Below are positions 19,255 through 31,222 of a stretch of 51,349 nt of DNA, one piece after another (positions within the stretch are counted from its first letter, which is position 1; every line of letters begins with the position of its first letter). The position numbers and the translations under genes are program-made. The notes beneath the pieces are model-generated. The model searched no databases and was not told where the DNA came from. It worked only from the letters and a program-made list of their open reading frames with translations. Source of the DNA: Candidatus Limnocylindria bacterium (GTDB taxonomy: Bacteria; Chloroflexota; Limnocylindria; QHBO01); assembly GCA_035692365.1 (NCBI GenBank), contig DASSIB010000026.1, positions 1 to 51,349 of the forward strand, read 5' to 3'.

Positions 19255-19337
19255 AGGAGAACAATAGCAGGGCCTGTCAACCCATCGATCGTGAGAGCGC
19301 GATCTGCCCGCACGACCCGGGGACGCGGTGACGGCGG

Positions 19338-21788
19338 CTAGTCGATGCGAACCTCGACCGCGATCTCCTGGGCAGGTGTTCGCGGCAGTGGCGCGAGCGT
19401 TCCATCCAGTTCGGCGCCGTCGACGGTGAGCCTGGTCGACCTGCCGACCGCGCCTCGCGCCTTGACGACCCGGATCCGGTAGGTTGCCCCGCGGAAGCGG
19501 CGCGTGACGCTGAAGCCCTCCCATTCAGAGGGGATCTGTGGGTCGATCCGCAGGCCGTCGTGCTCGGGTCGAATCCCCAGGATCCACTGGCTCACCGCGA
19601 CGAGGTTCCAGGCTGCGGTGCCGGTGAGCCAGGAGTTCTTGGCCTCGCCGTGGGTCGCCGCGTCGCTGCCGGCGATCATCTGTGAGTAGACGTACGGCTC
19701 AGTTCGGTGGATCTCCGAGATCTCCTCGCGAGCCGATGGGTTGATGCGCAGGTAGTAGTCGAGCGCTGCGGCGGCGTTGCCGGTCATCGCCTCGGCGATC
19801 ATCACCCACGGATTGGTATGGCAGAAGATCCCCCCGTTCTCCTTGTAACCGGGGGGATAGCTCGAGATCTCGCCGAGGTTCAGGTGATAGCGGGTGAACG
19901 CCGGTTGCACGAGCATCAACCCGTGGGGGGTGGCGAGTCGCTCGCGCACCGACGCCAGCGCCCGCACCGCCCTTCCATCTCGCAGCCCGATGCCCGCCAT
20001 CACGCAGATGCCCTGCGGCTCGATGAAGATCTGGCCCTCCTCGTTCTCGGCGGAACCGACGGGGGCGCCGAAGTAGTCGTAGGCACGACGGAACCAGGCG
20101 CCGTCCCATCCGCTGGACTCGACCGCCGCTTCCATCGCGGCGGCGGCGGCGGCGCAGCGCCGAGCCTCGGTCGTGTCGTCGCGCCGCGCGGCGATCTCAC
20201 GCATCTCGATCGCCGCCAGCACGAAGAGGCCGGCGATGAAGGTCGATTCGGCGACCCCGCCGCTCCGGTTCTCCGTCGTCTGGAATGACTCGCCCGGCGT
20301 CTCCGAGAAGCAGTTGAGATTCAGGCAGTCGTTCCAGTCGGCGCGCCCGATGAGGGGGAGGCCGTGCGGGCCGAGTCGTTCGAGCGTGTAGCCGACAGCG
20401 CGCTGGAGATGCTCATACAGCGCCGTCTCGCTGCCTTGCCGGTTGTCGTATGGAACCGGCTCGTCGAGGAGTCCGGCGTCGCCGGTCTCCTTGAGATACG
20501 CAGCCACGCCAAGGACGAGCCACAGCGGATCGTCGTTGAAGCCGGACCCGATCGCGTCGTTGCCGCGCCCGGTGAGGGGCTGATACTGGTGATACGCACC
20601 GCCATCGGGAAGCTGGGTCGCAGCAATGTCGAGGATCCGCTGCCGGGCCCGCTCAGGAATCATGTGCATGAAGCCCAGCAGGTCCTGGTTTGAGTCACGA
20701 AACCCCATCCCGCGACCGATGCCGGACTCGAAGAGCGATGCGGACCGCGACACGTTGAAGGTGACCATGCACTGGTACGCGTTCCAGACATTGACCATCC
20801 GGTCAAGGTGCTCGTTGCCCGTCTGCACCTGGAGGTTCGCGAGCACCTCGTCCCAACGCCCGCGGAGAGCAGCCATGGCGCGATCAGCCGCGCCAGGCTC
20901 CAGGTGGCGGTCGATGACCGGCCGGACGCCTCGCAGGTCGATGGTGGTGGAGCCAGGCGGGTCGAACTTCGCGTCCGCGGGGTTCTCGGCATAGCCCAGG
21001 ACAAATGCGACCTCCCTGGTCGCGCCGGGGTCGAGCTCAACCCGGACGTGGTGAGAACCCATCGGCTGCCACCCATGTGCGATCGAGTCCGTGGTGACGC
21101 CGCGTTCGACGACCAGAGGGGCATCCCAGCCGCGGTACGGGCCCAGGAACGCGTCGCGCTGCGTCTCGAATCCAGCAATCGGCTCGGAGCATGCGAAGTA
21201 CGCGAAGTGGTTGCGACGCTCTCGGTATTCCGTCGTGTGGTAGATGACGCCATCCGACACCTCGACCTCGCCGATCGAGTAGTTGCGCTGGAAGTTGGTG
21301 GCGTCGTCGTTGGCGTCCCACAGGCAGAACTCCACCGCGCTGAAGACGGAGAGGTGCGCCTCAGTGTCGCGCTCGTTGGTGATGCGCACGCTCCAGATCT
21401 CGAGGGTCTCGGAGAGCGGGACGAGGTAGGTCGTCTCGACGTGAATGCCGTCGAACCGGGCGCCGATGACGGTATAGCCGAGTCCGTGCCGGCAGCTGTA
21501 GTCGGTCAGGTCTCGCCGCATCGGCTGCCAGCTGGGACTCCACGTCGCACCGCTGTCGTCGTCGCGAAGGTAGAGATAGCGACCGCCAAGGTCGAGCGGC
21601 GCATTGTTGTACCGGTAGCGCGTCAGCCGGCGCAGCCGGGCGTCGCGATAGAACGAGTAGCCGCCCGCCGTGTTCGAGATGATCCCGACGTAGTCCTCAC
21701 TGCCGATGTAGTTGATCCACGGCAGCGGCGTGTCCGGGCGGACGATGACGTATTCGCGTCGCGAGTCATCGAAATGGCCGTAACGCAC
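19338..21788 (-). CDS. GH94 glycoside phosphorylase (cellobiose or chitobiose phosphorylase)
   Basis: 816 aa. The N-terminus [14 protein letters not shown]...[11 protein letters not shown]...[24 protein letters not shown] is characteristic of cellobiose phosphorylases. GTG start preceded by GGAGGAG. Confidence 0.9.
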   Translation of the reverse strand: MRYGHFDDSRREYVIVRPDTPLPWINYIGSEDYVGIISNTAGGYSFYRDARLRRLTRYRYNNAPLDLGGRYLYLRDDDSGATWSPSWQPMRRDLTDYSCRHGLGYTVIGARFDGIHVETTYLVPLSETLEIWSVRITNERDTEAHLSVFSAVEFCLWDANDDATNFQRNYSIGEVEVSDGVIYHTTEYRERRNHFAYFACSEPIAGFETQRDAFLGPYRGWDAPLVVERGVTTDSIAHGWQPMGSHHVRVELDPGATREVAFVLGYAENPADAKFDPPGSTTIDLRGVRPVIDRHLEPGAADRAMAALRGRWDEVLANLQVQTGNEHLDRMVNVWNAYQCMVTFNVSRSASLFESGIGRGMGFRDSNQDLLGFMHMIPERARQRILDIAATQLPDGGAYHQYQPLTGRGNDAIGSGFNDDPLWLVLGVAAYLKETGDAGLLDEPVPYDNRQGSETALYEHLQRAVGYTLERLGPHGLPLIGRADWNDCLNLNCFSETPGESFQTTENRSGGVAESTFIAGLFVLAAIEMREIAARRDDTTEARRCAAAAAAMEAAVESSGWDGAWFRRAYDYFGAPVGSAENEEGQIFIEPQGICVMAGIGLRDGRAVRALASVRERLATPHGLMLVQPAFTRYHLNLGEISSYPPGYKENGGIFCHTNPWVMIAEAMTGNAAAALDYYLRINPSAREEISEIHRTEPYVYSQMIAGSDAATHGEAKNSWLTGTAAWNLVAVSQWILGIRPEHDGLRIDPQIPSEWEGFSVTRRFRGATYRIRVVKARGAVGRSTRLTVDGAELDGTLAPLPRTPAQEIAVEVRID

Positions 21789-21900
21789 CTATCTCCTCCG
21801 CACGGGCTCCGTGAGAGAGTACGCCTGCCAAACCCCGGCTTGCGACGGCCCTCGTTGGCGGTTGCTGAATCGCGCGGGCTCGGAGCGGTACCCTCTCGCC

Positions 21901-23557
<1,657 letters not shown>

Positions 23558-23580
<23 letters not shown>

Positions 23581-24898
23581 TCGCCGGCTCGAGCGCCTGG
23601 CGTCGGCGTTCACCCCGGAATGGCTGACGGGGCAGCGCTGGTTTCGGGGGAAGAGCCGTGGCGTCGAGCTCGTCGAGCTGTTCGACACGGCGGAGATACC
23701 CGGGACGCCCGGCTGGCTGCTGGTCCTCCAGGCGACCGATGCCGGCGGCGACCGGGCACGCTACCTCGTCCCGGTTGCCTCGGACGGCGACGCGCTGCGG
23801 GAGCCGGTGGACGGAGATGGCGTTTGGCAGGCCCTTGGCGGGCTGATGCTGACCGGCGGCGAGCTCATCGGGGCCCGTGGGCGGTGGGCGTTCACCCCCA
23901 CGCCGCTGGCAGGGGAGCTGCTGTCCGACGGTGCTCTCCCGTCGCTTTCGGAGCGGCGGCTGGGGGTGCAGCAATCGAACACGTCGGTGGCGCTCGGCGA
24001 CGCGCTCATCCTGAAGGTCTATCGGCTGGTCGAGCCCGGCCTGAATCCCGAGGTCGAGATGAACGAGTTCCTGACCGATGTCGGGTTCCGCGCGGCCCCT
24101 GCGCTGGGCGGGTCGGCCACCTACTTCCTCGATGGCGAGGCGCATTCGGCCGGGATGCTCCAGGAGCTCGTTGCATCGACGGGTGACGGGTGGGGCTGGA
24201 TGCTCGGCCGTCTGGCCGATCAGCCGGACGGGCCCGCCGATGCGCTGGATGCGGTCGCGGAGATCGGCCGCCTCACCGCCGAGATGCACGCCGCGCTCGC
24301 ATCCCGACCCGATCAGCCCGGCTTTCCCGCTCGTGGGGCCTCGAACGACGAGCTCGCCACCTGGGGGCGTTCCGCCCTGGCTCAGCTCGACACGGCGGTG
24401 AACGCACTGAAGGGTGAGCAGCACGACCGGCTGGCGCGGGTCGCCCCTCGTGTTGCGGCGAGCCTGGATGCCATCGCGTCGGCCGGCGGCGCCCGGGTGA
24501 GCCGCATCCACGGCGACTATCACCTCGGCCAGCTGCTGCGAACCGCTGACGGATTCAGGGTGATCGACTTCGAGGGCGAGCCCGCGCGAACCCTCGCCGA
24601 GCGACGCGCACCGGCCTCTCCGTTACGGGACGTGGCCGGGATGCTCCGCTCGCTCGACTACGCGGCTCACGCCTCGGGCGGCGCGGGCCTGGGAAGCGCC
24701 GACCGTGCCGACTGGCTGACCGCAGCGCGTGCGGCGTTTCTCGGCGGCTACGGCGGCGTCAGCCCGGATGAGGCTCCGCTGCTGGCCGCCTTCGAGATCG
24801 AGAAGGCCTGCTACGAGGTCGCGTACGAGGCGAACAACCGCCCCGACTGGGTCTGGCTGCCGCTCGAGGCGCTGGAGCGGCAGAAGCTCTCCGGCTAG
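23558..24898 (+). CDS. mak: maltokinase (maltose 1-phosphate forming, Pep2/Mak)
   Basis: N-terminal [11 protein letters not shown], kinase catalytic loop [12 protein letters not shown], and VIDFEGEP. It directly follows treS with a 23-nt overlap. Confidence 0.85.
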
Positions 24899-25476
24899 GC
24901 TGCGACCGCCTGGTCGCGCCCGGCGCTGGCGCGTGCCACGAGGGAGGCGACCAGGCTCGCGACTTCGGCACGGATCGACGGATCGGTGAGCCGCAGCTCC
25001 GCGTCGAAGGCGTCCGCCGCCGATGCGACTCCCACCTGCTCGTCGAGCACCTCCGACCCGGCGCGGCGCAGCGAGCGCTTGACCGACTCGATCCCGCCGC
25101 GTGCCCCGCCTGGGGTCACGGAGGCACCCATCACGGCCACGAGCTTGCCGGCCAGTGTTCGCCGCGGCGGTCGCGACGCCCAGTCGATGGCGTTCTTGAG
25201 GACGGCGCTGGTGCCATCGTTGTACTCGGGGGTGACGAGCAGGATGGCGTCGGCCGCGTCGATCGCCGCCCGGATCGCGCGAACGGCGATCGGGTCACCG
25301 GCCGCTTCGACGTCGCCGTCGTACAAGGGCAGCGCGCCGAGCTCGTCGAAGGTCGTGATCAGTACGCCGGACGGAGCGAGCTCCACGGCGGCGCGCAGCA
25401 GCGCTCGGTTGAACGATGCGGCCCGCAGGCTGCCCGCGATGCCGAGCAGGCGGATGGGTCGATTGATGGTGGTCAT
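24895..25476 (-). CDS. NADPH-dependent FMN reductase family protein
   Basis: LLGIAGSLRAASFNRALL flavodoxin-like N-terminus and LLVTPEYNDGTS motif. 193 aa. Confidence 0.85.
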   Translation of the reverse strand: MTTINRPIRLLGIAGSLRAASFNRALLRAAVELAPSGVLITTFDELGALPLYDGDVEAAGDPIAVRAIRAAIDAADAILLVTPEYNDGTSAVLKNAIDWASRPPRRTLAGKLVAVMGASVTPGGARGGIESVKRSLRRAGSEVLDEQVGVASAADAFDAELRLTDPSIRAEVASLVASLVARASAGRDQAVAA

Positions 25477-25477
25477 T

Positions 25478-25524
25478 TGATTGCGTCCTCAACTATCTGC
25501 CTCAGATAGTTGCACAGTCAATCA
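25478..25524. promoter_or_regulatory. 47-bp symmetric element in a divergent promoter region (candidate operator or 5' UTR hairpin)
   Basis: Inner perfect inverted repeat CAACTATCTG (25490-25499) / CAGATAGTTG (25503-25512) with a 3-nt spacer. It is flanked symmetrically by TGATTG (25478-25483) and CAATCA (25519-25524). All arms are centred on 25501. Locally AT-rich in a GC-rich genome. Confidence 0.5.
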
Positions 25525-25559
25525 CCTGTGTCAAGGACCGGGCGTACAGTGCGTCGGCG

Positions 25560-26438
25560 ATGACCACGCACAGCGTGACGGGCGCGACGAGCTTCACCGG
25601 CCGGTTCATCGCGCGTCGCCTCGCGGAGGCAGGGCACGGGGTACGGAACCTGACCCGCGTCGAGCTGAGCGACGCGGAGCGGCTGGCCGCCGCGCTGGAC
25701 GGCACCGACACGCTCTACAACACGTTCTGGATCCGCTTCGAGCGCGGGCCGATCACCTACGACTGGGCGATCGAGCGGAGCCGGCTCCTGTTCGAGGCCG
25801 CGCGGCGTGCCGGTGTGCGGCGGATCGTGCACATCAGCGTCATCAACGCCTCCCACGACGCGCCGACCGCCTACTTCCGCGCCAAGGCGGTGGTGGAGGA
25901 CGCGCTGACCGCCTCCGGCATCGGGCACGCCATCGTGCGGCCGACCGTGACCTTCGGGCCTGGCGACATCCTCGTCAACAACCTGGCCTGGACCCTCCGC
26001 CGGCTGCCTCTTTTCGGGATTCCAGGCGACGGGCGCTACCCGATCCAGCCGGTCCACGTCGAGGACGTGGCCGCGGTCGCCGTGCGGGCAGGGGCATTGA
26101 GCGAGGACGTCGCACTGGACGCCGGCGGTCCCGAGACCTTCACCTTCGACGAATTCGTCGGGCTCGTGCGGCGGGCGGTGGGCAGTCGGGCGAGGCTGGT
26201 GCACGTGCCGGCGGCGGCATCGCTGGCTGCGGCGCGCCTCATCGGCCTGATCGTGCGTGACGTGGTCCTGACCCGGCACGAGGTAACCGAGCTGCGCGAG
26301 CGCCTCATGTTCTCGACGCAGCCGCCTGCAGGCACGATTCGCCTGGAAGACTGGCTGGCCGCCAACGCCGACAGCATCGGACGCGGCTGGTCCTCCGAGC
26401 TGGATCGCCACTTCCGCAAGCCCATGGCCGGCCCGTAA
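25560..26438 (+). CDS. NAD(P)H-binding SDR/NmrA-like oxidoreductase
   Basis: VTGATSFTGRFIARRL Rossmann motif and atypical-SDR layout. 292 aa. Confidence 0.8.
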   Translation: MTTHSVTGATSFTGRFIARRLAEAGHGVRNLTRVELSDAERLAAALDGTDTLYNTFWIRFERGPITYDWAIERSRLLFEAARRAGVRRIVHISVINASHDAPTAYFRAKAVVEDALTASGIGHAIVRPTVTFGPGDILVNNLAWTLRRLPLFGIPGDGRYPIQPVHVEDVAAVAVRAGALSEDVALDAGGPETFTFDEFVGLVRRAVGSRARLVHVPAAASLAAARLIGLIVRDVVLTRHEVTELRERLMFSTQPPAGTIRLEDWLAANADSIGRGWSSELDRHFRKPMAGP

Positions 26439-26439
26439 T

Positions 26440-28941
26440 TCAGGCGACCCAGAGCCACCCCAGGCGGCGCACGACCTCCGCCACGACGGCCGGGACGAGG
26501 GCGATGCCCGCCACGATCAGCCACTCCTCGACGTCGAGCGGCGAGGCGTGGAAGGCGGCGGCCAGCGGCGGGATGAACGGAATGGCGACCTGGACCACGA
26601 CCGCCACCAGGCAGGCGAGCGCCAGGAAGCCATTCGGCCGCAGGCTGAAGACCGATTGCGACAGGCTGCGGTTGGCATACGCGCGAACCAGCTGGCCGAT
26701 GACGAGCGCGGTGTAGGCCAGCCAGCGCACGTGGTCGGCGTCACCGGGATGCGTCTGCATGGCGGCCAGGGCGGCGATCGCCGTGAAGGAGCCCGCCAGC
26801 GCGATGCGCACCAGGAGCGGCACGGTGAGGAGCGGTTGCCCCCGCGGGCGCGGCGGCCGGCGCATCGCCCCAGGCTCCTCGGCTTCCCGCTCGAAGGCGA
26901 CCGATGTCGCGAGGTCGATGAACAGCTCCAGCCAGAGGATCTGGAGCGGCAGGAGCGGCTGCCCGTAGCCGACCAGCGTGGCGATCAGGATGAAGCCGAG
27001 CAGCGCGACGTGGGTCGAGACCAGGAAGACGAGGCCCTTGCGCACGTTCTCGACCATGCGGCGGCCTTCCCGCAGGCCGTCCATCAGGGTGGCAAACGAG
27101 TCGTCGCCCAGGACGAGGTCGGCGGCCTCTCGGGCGACCTGCGTCCCGCTGCCCATGGCGACCGCCACGTCCGCGCGGTGCAGGGCCGGCGCGTCGTTCA
27201 CGCCGTCGCCGGTGACGGCGACAGTGCGGCCGGCGGCCCGCGCCGCCTGGACGAGCCGCAGCTTCTGCTCCGGCACCGCCCGAGCCACGATCCGCATCGA
27301 CGGCAGCTCCGCGACCAGCCGGGCATCGTCCCAGCCATCGAGCTGCGCACCGGTCACCACCTGGTCGGCGTCCATGCCTGCCGCGCGGCTCACCGCGCTG
27401 GCGGTATGCGGGTGATCACCGGTCACCACGATGGTCTGGATCCCGGCGTCGCGGGCCATCGCCATCGCGTCGGCGACGTCGCCGCGCAGCTCGTCCGCGA
27501 AAACGAGGATGGCGCGTGGCTGCCAGGCGGCACCCCTGAGGCGTCGCGCCAGCAGGAGGAGGCGGCCGCCTTCGGCGCTCTCTCTGGTGATGGCCGCATG
27601 CCACGCTGCGTGATCGCCATCGCAGAGTGACAGGACTGCCTCGGGCGCACCGAGTGCCAGCTCCTCGGCCTGGGTGAGCGTGCGCGAGTACGGCTGCTCG
27701 TCGCTCGGCGCGGTCGATTCGAGGAGGGCCGCCGGATCGAGGAGGGGCGGGTCCTCCAGCTCGTCGGCGATGGCGCGGGCGAAGGATCCCACCCGGCCCC
27801 CAGCGGCGATGTGCCACGCATCCTCCTCGGCACGCAGGGCCTCGGCCAGCAGGGGTTTGGCTTGCGACGGCTCGGTCGGTCCGTCCTCGGTCACCACCCG
27901 CACCAGCGCCAGGCGGTTGTGAGTCAGCGTCCCGGTCTTGTCGGTCAGGATGAGGTCGACCGCCCCCAGCGTCTCCTGCGCGTTGAGGCGCCGCACCAGC
28001 ACCCCCTTGCGGAGCAGCCGGAACGCGCCGAGTCCCAGGATCACCGCCAGCAGGATCGGGGGCTCCTCCGGGATCGCCGCGATCGCGGCGCTGATGCCGG
28101 CCAGCAGGTTGGCTCCCGCCGGCTGGCCACGCATGAAGCCGAGACCGACCGTGATGGTGATCAGTGACAGCGCGGCCACCAGCAGGATGCGGACGAGGCG
28201 ATCGAGCTCGCGCTGCAGCGGCGAGCGGCGGCGCTCCAGCACCGCCAGACCGCCCGCGATCTTCCCGAACTCGGTCGCCTGCCCGCTCGCCACCACGACC
28301 CCCATGGCGCGGCCGCGGACGACGGAGGTGCCCGCGTACGCGATCGAGTGACGCTCTGCCACGGTGCTCTCGGGCGTGTCGGTTTCGACCGATCCCGCCT
28401 CCGGCAGGGACTCGCCGGTGAGGACGCTGCGGTCAAGGAGGAGGGCGTCGGTTTCGAGCAGCCGCAGGTCGGCCGGCACAACGTCGCCGACACGCAGCAG
28501 GACGATGTCGCCTGGCACCAGCTCCGCGGTCGGGATGTCGCGGGCTGCCCCATCGCGGCGGACCCGCGCGAGGGGCGCCGAGGCGGCGTGGAGTGCCTCC
28601 AGCGCGCGCTCGGCCCGGTACTCGGTGATGACGTCGGCCGCCACGATCGGGACCAAGCCGGCCATCACCAGCAGGCCGTCGCGCACCTCGCCCAGGAAGA
28701 CCGCCAGCGAGCCCGAGCCGAGGAGGAGGAGGATGAACGGCTCGGTCGCCGCGTCCCACACCATCCGCCACAGCGGCGGCGCCTCGCGGCGAGCCAGCAT
28801 GTTGGCGCCGGATGCGGCGAGCCGCCGCGCCGCCTCGGCATCGCTGAGGCCGGTGGCTGGCTGAACGCCGAAGGCGGCGGCCACGGCCGCCGCTTCGGTC
28901 GCATGGGGCGGGGTGGAGGTCACCGCCCCATCATCGGCCAA
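26440..28941 (-). CDS. cation-transporting P-type ATPase (non-heavy-metal, P2-like)
   Basis: LTGESLP (TGES), DKTGTLT phosphorylation site, and TGDGVNDAPAL hinge. The M4 motif reads PEEPP rather than CPx. 833 aa. Starts 13 nt after the upstream flavoprotein stop. Confidence 0.92.
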   Translation of the reverse strand: MADDGAVTSTPPHATEAAAVAAAFGVQPATGLSDAEAARRLAASGANMLARREAPPLWRMVWDAATEPFILLLLGSGSLAVFLGEVRDGLLVMAGLVPIVAADVITEYRAERALEALHAASAPLARVRRDGAARDIPTAELVPGDIVLLRVGDVVPADLRLLETDALLLDRSVLTGESLPEAGSVETDTPESTVAERHSIAYAGTSVVRGRAMGVVVASGQATEFGKIAGGLAVLERRRSPLQRELDRLVRILLVAALSLITITVGLGFMRGQPAGANLLAGISAAIAAIPEEPPILLAVILGLGAFRLLRKGVLVRRLNAQETLGAVDLILTDKTGTLTHNRLALVRVVTEDGPTEPSQAKPLLAEALRAEEDAWHIAAGGRVGSFARAIADELEDPPLLDPAALLESTAPSDEQPYSRTLTQAEELALGAPEAVLSLCDGDHAAWHAAITRESAEGGRLLLLARRLRGAAWQPRAILVFADELRGDVADAMAMARDAGIQTIVVTGDHPHTASAVSRAAGMDADQVVTGAQLDGWDDARLVAELPSMRIVARAVPEQKLRLVQAARAAGRTVAVTGDGVNDAPALHRADVAVAMGSGTQVAREAADLVLGDDSFATLMDGLREGRRMVENVRKGLVFLVSTHVALLGFILIATLVGYGQPLLPLQILWLELFIDLATSVAFEREAEEPGAMRRPPRPRGQPLLTVPLLVRIALAGSFTAIAALAAMQTHPGDADHVRWLAYTALVIGQLVRAYANRSLSQSVFSLRPNGFLALACLVAVVVQVAIPFIPPLAAAFHASPLDVEEWLIVAGIALVPAVVAEVVRRLGWLWVA

Positions 28942-28954
28942 ATCCTGCGCTCCT

Positions 28955-30109
28955 CTAGACCCGTCCTCGCGGCACGGTGTGCCAGTAGGTCTTGTTGAAG
29001 ACGATCTTTCCCAGGTGCCAGAAGCGATTCGGCTTCGGCGGCCTGGGTGGATGGTCGTAGTCGAACTGGAGCAGCGTCCCCTTCCCGTCGCCGACCTCGA
29101 AGAAGCACATCACCTTGCCGGTGTAGTCAGCGTGCTTGCCGCGTGGCTCGCGGTCCTGGACCGTGGCCGCAATCCGCTCCGCCACGATCGGCGCCTCGAA
29201 GTGCGCGGTCGAGCCGGCCTTCGAGAGCGGCAGGTCGGTCGCGTCTCCGAGCGCGTAGACGTTGGGGCGTCCGCCCACCTGCAGGGTGTGGTGGTCAGTC
29301 GGCAGCCAGCCGCTGGCCGGTGCAAGGCCCGAGTCGATCACCAGCTTCGATCCCCGATGCGGCGGCACCAGGATCAGCAGGTCGTATGGCATCTCCTCGC
29401 CCTCGAGGCTCTGGACCACCTTGCGCTGCGGGTCGATCGCCTCGACGTTGAAGAAGGTGTGCAGCTCGATCCCCTTCTCGGCCAGGATCGGGGTGGCCAT
29501 CTCCGACACCGATTCGATCGTGAAGGCACGCCCGATCGGGCTGCAGTAGTGCAGCTCGGTCTTCTCCCGCAGTCCGCGCTCGCGCAGCTCGGACTCGATC
29601 AGGAAGGCGACCTCCAGCGGGGCCGGTGGGCACTTGTACGGCATCCCGGCGATGCCGATCACGATCCTGCCGCCGGTGAAGGCGTCGAGCGCGTGCCGGA
29701 GCTTGAGTGCCGCGTCCGCGGTGTAGAAGTGATGCGCCTCCTCCGCGAAGTGCTCGATCTCCTCGGGAACGATCCGCGAGCCGGTGGCGATCACGAGCTC
29801 GTCGTAGCCGATGAAGCTCCCGTCGTCCATCTCGACCTGGCTCTTCGCCTCGTCGATGCGCACCGCTCGGCCGACCTGCAGCTGCACCTCCTCGTCGAGG
29901 AGGCTCCGCTCGGGCCGCACCAGCTTCTCCGCGCGCTCACCGCCCATGGCGATGTACATGAAGCCAGGCTGGTAGACGTGCTGGCCCAGCTCATCGACCA
30001 GGGTGACGCTCGCTTCGTGGCGATCGATGTCGTAGCGAAGCTTCCGCACCAGCAGGTTGGCGACGAGCGTCCCCCCGACGCCGCCGCCCAGGATCACGAC
30101 TCGGTTCAC
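28955..30109 (-). CDS. FAD-dependent pyridine nucleotide-disulfide oxidoreductase, sulfide:quinone oxidoreductase-like
   Basis: Start set at GTG 30107-30109, with GGAGG 7 nt upstream. VVILGGGVGGTLVANLL FAD fold. Conserved Cys residues in YKCPPAPLE and KVMCFFE. Context of DsrE/TusA genes. Confidence 0.8.
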   Translation of the reverse strand: MNRVVILGGGVGGTLVANLLVRKLRYDIDRHEASVTLVDELGQHVYQPGFMYIAMGGERAEKLVRPERSLLDEEVQLQVGRAVRIDEAKSQVEMDDGSFIGYDELVIATGSRIVPEEIEHFAEEAHHFYTADAALKLRHALDAFTGGRIVIGIAGMPYKCPPAPLEVAFLIESELRERGLREKTELHYCSPIGRAFTIESVSEMATPILAEKGIELHTFFNVEAIDPQRKVVQSLEGEEMPYDLLILVPPHRGSKLVIDSGLAPASGWLPTDHHTLQVGGRPNVYALGDATDLPLSKAGSTAHFEAPIVAERIAATVQDREPRGKHADYTGKVMCFFEVGDGKGTLLQFDYDHPPRPPKPNRFWHLGKIVFNKTYWHTVPRGRV

Positions 30110-30120
30110 GGCGACGCCTC

Positions 30121-30366
30121 CTAGCGCAGCTTCTCGACCACGATCTCGTCGTAGCCATCGCGGGTCTCGAGCTCGACCAGCCGATGGCCGGCCTTCTCGA
30201 CCCACTTGGGGATGTCCATCTTCGATCCGGCGTCGCTCGAGTAGACGGCGATCACGTCGCCGACCTGCCCTTCGCGGATCGCGCGGATGAGCTCCATCAG
30301 CGGCCCCGGGCAGTAGCTGCCTCGGGCATCGACGATGCGCGGAACTGGGGTTGTCATGGTCTGCAT
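30121..30366 (-). CDS. TusA/SirA family sulfur carrier protein
   Basis: 81 aa with DARGSYCPGPLM (CPxP active-site Cys). AGGAAGGA SD sits 8 nt upstream. Confidence 0.85.
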   Translation of the reverse strand: MQTMTTPVPRIVDARGSYCPGPLMELIRAIREGQVGDVIAVYSSDAGSKMDIPKWVEKAGHRLVELETRDGYDEIVVEKLR

Positions 30367-30394
30367 CGGGGTTCGATCCTTCCTGGACGCGTGC

Positions 30395-30952
30395 TCAGAT
30401 GAAGAGGCTTGCGTCTGCGTTGGTCATCAGCTCGAGCGCCGCGGCGGCGCCGACCGCCGGCTCGACGCCGTCGATCAGCTGGTCTGCGGTGATGCCCATC
30501 ATGTCCATGCTCATCTGGCACGGGATCAATCGGACGCCGAGGGCCTGTGCCATCTCCAACAGCTCGCGCGGCTCGGCCACGCCGTACTGCTTGGCGAGCT
30601 TCTTCATCATCCACGGGCCCATCCCAACGAAGTTCAGCTTGCTGAGCTTCGCGTGGTCGATTCCCGGGCGGTTCATCATCGCCAGCATCTTCTGCATCCA
30701 GTTGGTGCCGGTGACTCGCACCTCGGGGCGCACCAGCGTGAAGAGGCCCCAGAAGGTGAAGAAGATCGAGACCTTCATCTCACCCGCCGCGGCGGTGCTG
30801 GCCAGGATGGTCGTGGCCCAGGTCCGCTCGAGGTCGCCGCTCTCGGCGACGATCACGAGCTCCTTGGTCTTGACGGCCCCATCGGTCTCCGGATCGTCGA
30901 GCCCCTCGACGAGCGCGGTCGGCAGGATGGGCGGGGTCATGGTTGCGGTCAT
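30395..30952 (-). CDS. DsrE/DsrF/DrsH-like family protein
   Basis: Start at the ATG of MTATMT, with GAGG upstream, just after the preceding stop. FFTFWGL and IPCQMSMDMMG motifs are typical of the DrsE_2-type family. Confidence 0.8.
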   Translation of the reverse strand: MTATMTPPILPTALVEGLDDPETDGAVKTKELVIVAESGDLERTWATTILASTAAAGEMKVSIFFTFWGLFTLVRPEVRVTGTNWMQKMLAMMNRPGIDHAKLSKLNFVGMGPWMMKKLAKQYGVAEPRELLEMAQALGVRLIPCQMSMDMMGITADQLIDGVEPAVGAAAALELMTNADASLFI

Positions 30953-30962
30953 CTTGAGCGCC

Positions 30963-31202
30963 TCACTTCTTGCGCAGCAGGTAGCGGAAGACATTGCCGT
31001 CGACCGACGACTCGACCAGCTCGTGGCCGGTCGTCTTCGACCAGGCGGCGAAGTCCTTGGTTGATCCGGGATCGGTGGCGAAGACCTCGACGAGGTCGCC
31101 TGAGACCAGCTCCTTGATCGCCAGCGCGGTCTTCACGATCGGCAGCGGGCAGGAGAGGCCACGGGCGTCCACGGTCTTCGCGACGGTGGTTGTGACAGTC
31201 AT
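30963..31202 (-). CDS. TusA/SirA family sulfur carrier protein
   Basis: 79 aa from an internal ATG. DARGLSCPLPIV carries the CPxP motif. The upstream part of the track ORF is Arg/Pro-rich junk. Confidence 0.85.
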   Translation of the reverse strand: MTVTTTVAKTVDARGLSCPLPIVKTALAIKELVSGDLVEVFATDPGSTKDFAAWSKTTGHELVESSVDGNVFRYLLRKK

Positions 31203-31222
31203 CGAGCGGTTCCCTTCAACGT

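Noticed and set aside
21812-21899. CebR-box half-sites (TGAGAGAG at 21812-21819; CCCTCTCGC at 21891-21899) upstream of the GH94 and treS genes.
   Set aside because: These are half-site resemblance only, about 70 bp apart, with no full dyad. I could not distinguish them from chance.
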